In this document: piece by piece, positions 15,592 to 30,416 of the stretch | Layout of the letters: each line of letters begins with the position of its first letter | How positions within the stretch are numbered: position 1 is the stretch's first letter | Assembly (NCBI GenBank): GCA_964016885.1 | Contig: OZ024741.1 | Span: 45,880,001 to 45,944,000, forward strand | DNA from: Eledone cirrhosa | Taxonomy: Eukaryota | DNA length: 64,000 nt | Direction: 5' to 3' | Notes under the pieces: model-generated | Seen by the model: the letters and a program-made list of their open reading frames with translations, nothing else | The model's database searches: none | What the model was told of the DNA's origin: nothing | Made by a program: the position numbers and the translations under genes

Positions 15592-15965
15592 GGGTATCAA
15601 AAAATAAATATGGTATTTATAGGTCTCTTCAGGTGGTAGGAGAGGGTAGGGAGTGGGATCGGTAGAGGTCATTGGTTGATAGAAAAGGGAATTCATTAAA
15701 AGCTAATTCTTTAAAGCTATAGTTTATATTTAGAGTAACAAAGGCAGAAAGAAATCTATAAACAAGATCAGAATGTGGTGCCACTCCTTATTTTTAAGTT
15801 TCTCTTAAGCTAACAATGCCTATATTTCAGGTGTCTATAAGATCGTTGGGGGTCAGTCATGGTTGATGGATTTAAAGAAAAGGGAAATTCTTTAAAAGCT
15901 AATTCTTTAAGGTTCTAATTAGAGTGACAAGGCCTAGAGAATTCTATAGACCAGTTCAAAATATT

Positions 15966-16276
15966 GTGAATGTGGCGAAAATGGCCCGAATGAATGGGCC
16001 TTCTCTGTATATAAACCTGTAGGTTGAGGATAGTAAACAGAGGGAAGACGGGAACACCTACAAAATGTGTTCCTGGTGTTGAGGGTTGTTCTATCCACGG
16101 GGTGTAAAACAACCCTGCAGTAACGTTCCCCACCTATTGGGGTATTTCAATTGTTATTTTATTATATATAGTTTATTGTTATTTATTAATGCTAAAGTTA
16201 CATGATTTTTTATGTAAAACCCCCGCCGTCACGTCTTGTAATGTCCCATGTTTGTATGCCCGTGGAAAATAAAGAT
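15966..16276 (+). mobile_element. 5'-truncated Tx1 element (ORF2 end plus 3'UTR) ending in (TA)n (copy F)
   Basis: VNVAKMARMNGPSLYINL* matches the ORF2 end of copy A. It has the same 3'UTR hairpins, then AATAAA and (TA)n. Confidence 0.85.
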
Positions 16277-17286
16277 TATATATATATATATATATATATT
16301 TCCACGTTCTTCATTTTCTTCCTTGGATTTGACCACACGTCGTTAACATGTCCATCTACCTATGGATTTTTACCACACACAGACACCCACGTACACCAAC
16401 ACCCATACATGAACATAGACATACACAGACATGTACACCATTTCCACACACACGCAACTACGCACCAATACACTAACCCACAACACCCATATTCATACCA
16501 CATATGTCTGTACTCGCTATTTAACTTACATTCACACACAATGGCTTCTTTTCAACCACACATACTTATATCCACACACACACACTCACATCTACACATA
16601 CACTTACACTTTATCCCACACTGTCACGGATTCGACATGCTCTTATCTCGTCCTTCCATCCGGACTCCACACACACATACACACCAGCACCCATACACAC
16701 CAACACCCATACAGGAACAGACATATACACCATTCCCACACAGACACAATGTCACACACCAATACACTAACCCATAACACTCACATAACGCACCACTTAT
16801 CACTTTTAAGAAACGTTCACAAAAACTAGCTTCTTTTCAGATACACATATTTATAACCACACACACACACTCATATCTACACATACACATACACGCCTTA
16901 CCTTCCGCCATCCCCTTCTGGCCTCCGAGTAGTTTGCTTCCCCACTCCACCCTCTCTCCCCTTAACTCCCTCCACACACGCACACTATCACCCCCATGCC
17001 ATCCCACCACCATCCACTCCGGACCTATACCCCTCCCTACCTAAAATGTTAAACATTTTTAAATTTTTCTATTTCTATTTATTTTTATTTTTCTCTTTAT
17101 ATTGTGTTCTTTACTTCCCTCCTTAAAATCCTCCTTACTCCCCCTCGGAAATCCTGTTCTCCTCCTATCCTATTGAAGGACGTATGTCCGAAATGTTGAA
17201 ACCTCCCCCACTTCATCAAAGTGTGAACCTAATATAACTGTTATATACAATTGCCTCCTGTGTTTTGTACGTTCATTTTAACTCTC

Positions 17287-17321
<35 letters not shown>

Positions 17322-17322
17322 G

Positions 17323-17412
<90 letters not shown>

Positions 17413-17589
17413 TAAATCTACCAATCAATGGTAGGGTCTAAACCGTATGAAGAACTCAATGTAATCCGTATGTAGAAGATGTTGTAAAGCAAAGTTTAAA
17501 ATACAAAATTTTCAACGATATAATTTATTGGATACAGTCAAAAATAGAAATAAACTCATTATTTCTGAAGACAGCGGGTAGTGAAGACG

Positions 17590-19280
17590 TATGTATTTTT
17601 TCTTTGTATGAAATTCTAAATTAATGTCTAAGAAATCTAGGCTAGAGAGGTTGGTGGCTACTGCTATCCTAAGTCCTAACTCATTGAAAGTAGAAGCTAA
17701 GTCTTTTTTAAACAGGTCGAGGTCGTGACCACTTTTATGGCTCGATAAAGTCAGTCCATCGTCGCAGTATATTCCCGTGTGGAAGTCCTTGAATCTAACA
17801 CGTAATATGTCTAAGATAAATAGGCCAACCAAGTCACATACGTCAGCACTGTCAAACGATCCCATGGAGACGTCGAATAGGTCTGAAGTTGTAGACTTCT
17901 TTGCCCAGGCTACTCCGTCTTAGACATATTACGTGTTAGATTCCCGGACTTCCACATTGGAATATCCCGCGACGATGGACTGACTTTATCGAGCCATAAA
18001 AGTGGTCACGACCTCGACCGGTTTAAAAAAGACTTAGCTTCTACCTACAATGAGTTAGGACTTAGGATAACAGTAGCTACCAACCTCTCTAACGTAGATT
18101 TCTTAGACATTAATTTAGACCTTCGCACACACACACACACAGACCCTTCCATAAGCTAAACGATAAACTCAATTATATTCACAAGGACTCATGCCACCCT
18201 CCCACTGTTTTTTGAAACTTCGTTAAGAATATCAGTACTAGAATCTCAAACCTCTCCTCTAATAAGGCTATCTTTGAGAGGGCGGCACCCTGCTATAACA
18301 CGGCGTTGGCTAACAGCGGCTTCTCGCAACCTATCACTTACTCTCCCACTAGCAACAACACCATTAAGAAAAGTAAGCGCAAAAATAGACAAACTATCTG
18401 GTTCTCTCCTCTCTTCTCACTCAACGTTAAAACCAATGTAGAAAAAAAAAATGTCTAGCCGTCTTAGATAGACACTTTCCCAAAGGTCATAAATACCGCT
18501 CCATCTTTAACCGGCATAAAGTTAAACTAGGATACTCCTGCGCTAAGAACATGAAGGCCCACATCACCAGCAGCCCTAGGAGCAACACCCCACCAGAGTG
18601 CTCTTGCCGTAAGCCTGAAGCTTGCCCCCTTCAACAACAATGCAACACACCAGCTGTAATTTATGAAGCTGTGGTAACTTCCAACCGACCAAACGAACCA
18701 CAGGAGGTCAAATCATATGTGGGCATGGCGGAGGGCAGATTTAAGGAACGTTTCCTGAACCACCAGTCTACCTTCAGGTACCCGGACAGACGTTCATCCA
18801 CGAAACTCGCGAGCCACGTATGGTCACTCAAGGACTCAAGTATAGACTACTCCATTCAATGGAAAGCCATCACTAAGTCCAAGCCATACGCAAGGAGAAA
18901 TCCGAAGTGTGGCTTATGTATTGACGAACGAATAACTATTCTAAAGAGATAACGCAATAGTGATTGCCTAAACACGAGAAATGAATTGTTCACACGTTGT
19001 CCACACGTCGCCAAACACCTATTGCATAACTACAAGACTCCGTACTGATTATTTGTAATTTTATTTTCAACCTAAAAACTTTTCGTACTTTCGCAGTTAT
19101 CCCCCTTATACCTCTCGCACACAGTCTAGTATTGCCTGTGTGAAGTGACCGGGTTTCTGCGCATGCGCGTTCGTACGGTTGTCCTTCCTGTTCCTATAAC
19201 CATGCCCATTCCAAGCTGAGTATCCGCTAAGGTGAAACAATTGTTCTCGGTATGGTGGACTAACTGTTGTGTAACCACTT
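17590..19280 (+). mobile_element. Penelope-like element with an inverted 5' segment (RT plus GIY-YIG), disrupted
   Basis: A minus-strand RT piece (MGSFDSADVCDLVGL...DDGL) lies at 17590-17920. The plus-strand copy starts at 17921 and continues to GIY-YIG (AVIYEA...KSYVGMAEGRFKERFLNH...CGLC), with a hammerhead-like motif in the 3'UTR. Confidence 0.9.
19206..19255 (+). ncRNA. Degenerate minimal hammerhead in the Penelope 3' end
   Basis: CCAUUCCAAG-CUGAGUA-UCC(GCUAA)GGU-GAAA-CAAUUG-UU/-CUCGGUAUGG. The palindromic stem III is typical of dimerising PLE hammerheads. Core G8 is mutated. Confidence 0.6.
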
Positions 19281-19290
19281 CTATATATAT

Positions 19291-19323
<33 letters not shown>

Positions 19324-19447
19324 AATTGTCGAGAAGAAGCGTGATTGCATTTGAAATCTATAGAAATAAATTAGAAACTCGAACGCAGGGAGGTGCTGCT
19401 CGAAGAACCGAATAACGTCAATGACAACAGTATTTATATATTTCATC

Positions 19448-19793
19448 TACCAGAGAGCGTAGGCTGAAAAGTTCATAAACTTACTATGAAGGAGTCATGC
19501 TAGAGCTGTGAAACCTTGCATACATTAATTTCAAATATTCTTAATCATAACTGCATTGTTTCTTTCCAAGGACTATGTTGAAAAATAAATCTCATCTGCT
19601 CCTTCTATGAGAGTATCATGGTCAGTTTATGAAAGAGTGGTGCTAGAGCTGTGAAACCTTGCATACATTAATTTCAACTCTTATTAATAACTGCATTGTT
19701 TCTTTCCAGGGACTATGTTGAAAAATAAACCTCATTTGGTCAATCTATGAGATTACCTTGGACAGCCTATGAACTTTTCAACCGACCCTCGTA
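19448..19793. mobile_element. Mariner-type MITE with an internal ~140-bp tandem duplication
   Basis: Imperfect TIRs (GGCTGAAAAGTTCATA / TATGAACTTTTCAACC...CTCGTA) with TA flanks. 19490-19630 repeats at 19630-19770. Confidence 0.7.
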
Positions 19794-21012
19794 TGCAGTA
19801 ATTAGCTAAATCCGTTTACATTCTGAATTCAAATTTCGCTATATTTGGCCGTCATTCATTATTTAGAGCTTGATAAAATGGTTCCCTATGGTACTTATGT
19901 AAAGCCATGTGAACTGAAGCAATGAATGCTTAAAAGTCACTCCAATACACTATTTACGAGATGCTGTGTTAGTTATAAGTATACCCTCCAGTAGACTAAC
20001 ATCCTAACATACTAACCATGTGTAAACTATCATTTTCATCAATTATTCTATTTTAGCCAGGCTTAATTTCAATTATATTAGTGGAGCTGTTGATTCGTGT
20101 AGAAAATGGCATAGCTTTATATGAAGAGATCAAACAGAAGTCGATTAAATATATCAATCAATTTCATCTTGATTGTGCCAGTAGACTGAAAATATCAACC
20201 AAAATCACAAAGAATCAACAGGGTGATTCCAATATTCTATATTTTCGTTTCTTTTTTTTTTTTTTTTATTTTGGTTTCTTTTTTGTTTTATTTTTTCTAT
20301 GTGCTTTTTTTTTCTTCTAATTTTGATATCTCGTGAATGATTGTGCAACTAGCGTTGAAAATACGATAGCTTGAAACAAAGAGAAACGCGTCTGTGTTCT
20401 CTTTTCCGGATCAATAACGCTATGTCACAAAAGACAATTGATTATTTTGCAATATTTCTACATTATTGATTAGTATTTTCTCTTAATGTATCTTCCATCC
20501 ATCATAAGGACTTATAATTTATTCTAAATTTCAATGTATATGATCAAGCTTTCCTAACTATATCATTAAAATTTCGAGAATTTGAAAGTATGATTATCTC
20601 AAATACATTATCATAAAGGATAGAAAGAAGCAAATAAATAATTTAAAGATATTGATGGAATAGGCTAGTTATTTTTAATTATATGATCTATATCGATTTA
20701 CATTGATATGCAAATATATGTTACCTGTAATGTTAAATACCTTATTTCCATTCTTTATTCTTATGTCCTGTTATTGGTTTAAGAGAGCCGCCATATTGGG
20801 GCACCACTTTAAAGAGACGTGGTCGGTCATATCAACGCCACTAATTTCCTTTCATGTTTAATTCTTATTTAATCGATCGCTTTTCGTCAAACTGCATCCT
20901 TGTGTGACAGTAAGCGTAAATAAACACAGGCGCAAGTGCTTATATATATTATACTCTTTTACTCTTTTACCTGTTCTAGCCACCCGGCTGAGGCCATGCT
21001 GGGCACCGACCT

Positions 21013-21059
<47 letters not shown>

Positions 21060-21125
21060 TATGTTTATATATGATGTATGTATATACATATATATATGTA
21101 TATATGACATATATTTATATGTCAT

Positions 21126-21212
<87 letters not shown>

Positions 21213-21437
21213 CATATATATATATATATGTATGTATGTATATATACATATTCATATATATATATGTATATAAACAAACAATAAAGAGGGTGTAGTAAGA
21301 TACCAGGTGGACCATAACACACCAGAGTACTCGATACTTGGAGTAGTAGAGTGGGTAATATGAAGAGATTCAGGACCCTGACAGCTGAGCTCCGGCCGTT
21401 TAGACAGCTAGATCCGAATCTCTTCATATTATATATA

Positions 21438-22721
21438 CAGTGTGGGGCATAATTCCTGTTACAAAATTTTAAATCAATTTTAAAAATACATTATGCTGCT
21501 AATATAACTAATATATTTGTATCAAATTCATGCACTATAACCATATTAACTATTTTTCAGAACATTACTCCATTAACAATTTGCAATGTCCATAGAATTG
21601 AAAAGAAAGTTCATAATAGAGAAGCATGAAAAAGGCCTGACTCCACCCGATATTTAAACTGGGGAAAATTCTTAAGATCAATAGAATGTTTATTAAAATA
21701 GCAATCGATCGATTTAAGGAAACTTCCTCGACCAAAGACAGACCTCGATCCGAACGCCCTCGCACCTCAAGAACACCAAAACTCGTTAAAAGTGTGAGGG
21801 AAAAAATAAGGCGTAATCCAAGAAGGTCCATGAGAAAAATGGCAGAAGAAGCAGAAATATCGCCGAGAACTATGCGGAGGATATGTCGAGATGATCTGGG
21901 GATGTCACCCTATAAGTTCCAAAAGAGGCAGCTTCTTTCTGCAGCCACAATTGAAAAGAGTCTCTTCAGAAGTAAACTGTTATTGAACCGTATCAAGGAT
22001 GGCACGCTGCAAAACATCATCTTTACAGATGGGAAGATATTCACTGTGTAGCAGTCTCACAATCATCAAAATGATCGAGTACTTGCAAAAAGTCTCAAAT
22101 CAATTCCTTCAAGTGTAGGAAAAGTGTTCAGAACACAGAAACCAGCATCAGTGATGGTTTGGGCAGCCATTTCTGAAAGAGGCAAGTCTCCTCTGACTTT
22201 TGTGCCTCAAGGAGTTAAAATTAACAAAGAACTTTACATAAAGGATATTTTGGAAGGAGCACTGATGCCATGGTGAACATCTGTTTATGGTGATGAGATT
22301 TGGACTCTCCAACAAGATGGAGTGACGAGCCACACTGCTAGCGTAACACAACAGTGTTGTAGAGACCATTGTTGTGCATGGATCAGTAAGGAAGAGTGAC
22401 CTCCCACATCACCAGATCTCAACCCTCTCGATTTTTCTTTATGGTCAATTCTTGACAGTGAAGCCTGCTCTACTCCTAGCCAAAATATTGAAACCCTAAA
22501 ATCAAAACTGAATAAAGCATGGAAACTGTTCATGCAGCCATCGAAGACTTTCCTAGAAGACTTCGAGCGGTAGTGAGAGCTAGAGGAAAGCATTTCGAAT
22601 AAATGTTTGTGCAGTTGTTTAATAGTATATTACTTACTATTTGTTGAAGTCAGATCTTGAAATAAATGTTTTTTTCAAGAACTATTTGCATTTTATTTTG
22701 TAACAGTTTTTATGCCCCACC

Positions 22722-22724
<3 letters not shown>
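21438..22724 (+). mobile_element. Tc1/mariner superfamily DD37D (maT) transposon with a transposase pseudogene
   Basis: TIRs CAGTGTGGGGCATAA...GTTACAAAA / TTTTGTAAC...TTATGCCCCACCCTG with a TA TSD. Catalytic motifs IIFTDGKIF, QQDGVTSH and SPDLNPLDF have 37 residues between D2 and D3. In-frame stops are present. Confidence 0.92.
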
Positions 22725-22767
<43 letters not shown>

Positions 22768-22850
22768 ACTCCAGGAATAACCGGCGAAACGGCTTGAGCT
22801 CTGCCGTCGGGGTCATACATTTTCATATATATATATATATATTAATTTCT

Positions 22851-22907
<57 letters not shown>

Positions 22908-22991
22908 AAGTTATATTTAAAATTGTTGGGTTACAACTAGTAAATATTTATAACTGATATAAAAGCACTCGACAAATATTTGGAGTATATT

Positions 22992-25965
<2,974 letters not shown>

Positions 25966-27729
25966 TTCGTATTTCGAAAGAAATACGATTTTAGGAAGTC
26001 GTAGCTATGCGGACACCGGGGGGCTAACGCCCTCTGGTGTTGTCCAGCAGAAGCAGGGGGACTACCGTCTATGCATTTCAGGCTTGACTGACCATCGTCA
26101 GGACGATCCCTCCCACTACTCTGCGACTGTTGCATAGCTGCGACTTCCATCTCTATCCTTTCATCTCCATCTCTCTAGGTATCTGCCTCTGACTCTCTCT
26201 CCGTCTCTTTTTCCCTCCTCACACTGTCGGTTCTTTCTCTCTCCATCCCCCTCTCCCCCCCTCTCTCTCTCTCTCCATCTCTTTCCAGCCATCCCTCCCC
26301 ATCCATCTCTTATCCATCTCTATCCATATCTCTCCTCGGTCTCTCTCCATCACACCACTCTTCTCTTTCTCTCTATCTATCTAACTATCTAACTATCTAT
26401 ATACCTATATATTTATGTCTCTATCTTTCTTGGTAGCAAGCCTTTCTTCAATTTGTTCACATTCCTTACAATCTCATATAAATCATATTCTATTTATCTC
26501 GTTTGGTTCTAACATCCTCCCCCACTACGTTACATCTTTTCTTTTTCTGCGTCTAGCACACAAAAAACACAGCCTATGTAGAGATATTTGAATTAACGAA
26601 TTAATGCATTTCTTGACTAAGTTATTATTGTCACTGTATTATCTCTGACAACTCAGAGAAGAAATGCGGTTATGTTAACCCCACTACACATCTATGATTC
26701 TCTTGCTTTTGTTCGGTCTTATCTTGATACTGATTCTCCTATCATGAGTGCGAGGTTCATTATCTATATGGTATTTTATCTTGTAGATTATACAGCGTAT
26801 CAAATACTTTTTGTTTCGTTTATTACTAATGCTTTTATATCTTCGTTTATACTTGTATTTTGTGTATCAGCTTCTTATTCCAATATTGCCCCCGTTACTG
26901 CTGCTGTGTTTTTGTCGTTATCGCTATTTTTAAGTCACACTAAGTCATGTCTACTTTCGCTTTCTCTCATATTCCTTGGAAATCTATACTTAGAAATTTA
27001 AATTAGATTATTTTTTTGACTGATGAAATGTAAATTAAAAGAAACTAAAATCACGATGTTTAAACCAGATTAATGTTATATTAAAGAATCCAGCACAAAA
27101 CGCAATCTTATTCAGTATGTATTACTTGGTTTCTAGAAATCACTTTGGAGAGAAAGGAAGACAGATAGCTTATACAAATATATACTTAAAATATTTAGAT
27201 ATATTTACATGAACTACTTTGATTTTGTGTTAAGGTAAATAAAGTCATATAAGTAACATAATGATATAGGAATACCTTCTCAGTTTGCGATATACTTTTC
27301 CAATAGTACTTTCAGTCGAATCAGCAAATAATAATTCCGTTGTCAACAGCACTCAATCCAAACTGATCGAATATGAATGCCCACATTAAATAGATATTCA
27401 TATAGCAAGTACATCGATTCCGTTTCCATATAATTTTTCGTTTAGCAAGAAGTGTTTTCATTAAAATTCATTGCATTCTAATAAATGTCTCCACAACAGA
27501 ACTAAAGCTATGTACTCTAATTCAACATAGATCAGCCCTCTCCGGACATTTGCTATCGTGACCAAATTGACATATCAACAATCCTCCGTAACCTTTTTCT
27601 TTAAATAGAATTTTCAAAACATATAACATTCACATTTTATCCTATTCTTGGAGTAATATTCCTAGGATTATGTTATCAGTAAACACTGTGCTGTAGCTCT
27701 TGTGCATAGTAAATTTGTTATACACGTAT

Positions 27730-29312
27730 CAGTTTTAGGTGTGGTACTGTGTTTGTGGTTGTTAAGGTTTTTCCTTCTGTCTGATTGGTGGGGTATTTCG
27801 TGATGGCCTCCATTAGGTCTTTATTTGTAGTGTTAATGCATGTGTAGTGTAATTTGATTTTTTTGTTGTGATGTTTCTGTTTGTTGTTTGTTCTCTAGTT
27901 TTCTTTTGGTGGTGGACATTTGTGCTTGTGGTAGTGTTGGTATCTATTTTGCTGGTAGGAGGGTGTTTGGTTGTGGTGGTGTCTATGTTGTTGGTGTAGT
28001 TGTTGTTTGTGGTGGTGACTGTGTGTTTGTGTTGCTGATCAGTCCTTTTGTGTTTTGGCGGTGTCTCTTTTTTTTATTTTAGGGGCTCCTCTTCATACTC
28101 GCTCGGAGATGAGGTGGCTACCACGTTTTAGGTATTATCATCGAGGGTATGTGGGAGAGGTATGTTTTGTGGTATAGGAGTGTTTGTGTGTTTGTGTGTG
28201 TGTGTGTTTGTGGGAGTGATAGACAGAGGGGGAAGGGGGAAGTTAGAGTCCTTCGGGGGAATTATTGGTGTGGTGTCTTTTTTGGTTTGTGATATTTTTG
28301 GAGTGGATGTTGATGTTTTGTGGGTTGTGTTCTTTGTTTTCGGGTGTTGCTGTTGGGGTTTGTGTGTTTAGCATTGAGCAGAATGCTTTTATATGGGTAT
28401 CCTTTTCACATCGAAAACACTGTGACTTTCTACTCTTGACTGTGATGTTGATAACATGGCTGTCATCAAAATGTACCCTTTCGGGTAGCTTCGAAATTCT
28501 TTCTGGTTTCAATTGAACCAGAAGTTCCACTGATGTCCCATTCCAGTTATACCTGGTTGACTTCTTTGCAGAGAGGAGGGTGTCTTAACTCTCCTCCAAA
28601 AAGCCACCCAGGGTCAGCCAAATGTTGGTGTTTGGTGGGATCTAGGACACCCTTATATTATGCGTTCTTCTTCCCACGTATGTAGGGAAAAAGTTGTATT
28701 GGCTCGTTTTAATCGGAGCCACCGAATAATTTTGTGCGAGGGCCTCGCTTTTGAAGAGCACCGAGATGCTCCCATACTGCATGGCCCTCTGAAGGTAGGC
28801 AATGTCTTGCATTACTTCCATCAACATACCTTTTACTGTATTCTGAGGCAAAGAAGCAGGTTTTCTTGGTTCTATAGACACAGTTCGATAGAAAATTGTT
28901 TCGTTAGGGTTGCGGACCTAATTTCTGGTGGAGTGTTGATCCGAAAACCATTCCCCTCGACAATTATATATTGAACAGCACCCTGCAGATACTGCGCTTT
29001 ATTTGATATGTCTATGTCTATAAATTCCGTCTGTTTGGCATCTGTCGCTACAAATGTTTTTTCATCTGTATTTGATTTTGATTTCACTTGTGCTGCTGTT
29101 GCTGTTTTTATTGTTTTGTCATTTTGGTTGTTATTTTCATTGTTGTTTGTGTTGTTATTTTTCACTTGTTTCATGTACATGTTATTGTTTTCGTTTGTGG
29201 CATTTGTCATTGTGTTGTTGTCATCTTTTCCAGTTGTTGAGTTGTTGTTGATGTTCGTAATACCATCATTACAAAAAGTGCTCATGCTACTGTCTGTTGA
29301 GACTGTTGTCAT
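27730..29312 (-). mobile_element. Tx1 ORF1 remnant (copy E), ORF2 missing
   Basis: Fragments NTPPEIRSATL, YNFFPTYVGRRT and knuckle CFRCEKDTHIKAFC are homologous to ORF1 at 40101-41891. Confidence 0.85.
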
Positions 29313-29319
29313 GGCGTTA

Positions 29320-30336
29320 CAAATGGGCTGTTTTATACCCCGTAGATAGAACAACCCTCAACTCCAGGAGCATTTTGTGCAAGTGCTCTTTTCTTCTTTC
29401 CGCTCTCTTCTTCAACCTACAGGTTTATATACAAAGAAGGCCCAATCACTCGGGCCATTCTCGCCACATTTACCCACCTTTCAGTAAATTTACTGGGGTG
29501 CAGTACCTCTCTCTCCACTCTAATTCTCCTTCTAAAGTGGTACCTAAAGAAGGGAATGAGTTGTTGTCCGGAGAGAAAGGTATCTGTCCTCAGTCCTTAC
29601 TATGGACTCGGCAGTCAACTGGATTTGTCCCCTTTTCTTGTGCGCACTTGTGGCAAATAAAGAAATATATCTATACGCGACAGCAGTTGTTCTGCATAGT
29701 TCCACGGGTCGCTTACGCCCGGGCAGTGTACAATTGCGTGCAAGACGGTTTCAATGTCCTGCTCGCATCTTGGACACGTCCTCTTGGAAGGATCCCTGTC
29801 GGGGCGTCCGTGCCTGTAGATGTTATCTCGAATGGGTAGAGCTCCTCGGTAGCACTGCCAGGCCAGGGAACTCTGGAAGTTGTCCATAGGTCCCGGGCGG
29901 AAAGTCCTACCGAACAGACTGGTGAGCTCGGTGTCTTCGACGCCTAGAGTCTACCCGAGCACGTTGTCGCACTTGTAAAGTACTAACCTTCTATAGAATG
30001 TCGAAGTGGAGTCTCCACTGATTGTTGTGCCCGCTTGACAGAGGACTGTAAGCGCTTGGGCGCATTCAATATGCCAGGCGCCCATCTTCTTCGGTCTTCG
30101 CTTGACCCAGGACTGCAGCTCCGTCAGCGAGACAAGTTGTGGGAAGGCCTGTCTCACAAACGGTGCCCACACCGGTTTCGGTAAGGAATACCTGAAGATG
30201 CCATAGCCTCAGCGCATGTTTGCGCATCATTAGCTACGGCATGCCCAGCCCTCCGTTGGAAGGGTGTTGATAGCAGACGGATCTCCTCACCAGTGGAGCC
30301 TGCTTCTTCCACAGGAACTGGAAGAGCATGCGTTCC

Positions 30337-30337
<1 letters not shown>
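29320..30337 (-). mobile_element. 5'-truncated Tx1 copy C (ORF2 C-terminus plus partial 3'UTR)
   Basis: Closely similar to 30555-31610. Its 5' junction abuts (GATA)n. Confidence 0.9.
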
Positions 30338-30401
<64 letters not shown>

Positions 30402-30416
30402 TGATAGATAGATAGA
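30338..30416. repeat. (GATA)n between Tx1 copies C and B
   Basis: Directly visible. Confidence 0.97.

Noticed and set aside
27020-27050. CTGATGA...GAAAC motif
   Set aside because: Stems I-III do not pair, so it is probably chance or too decayed.
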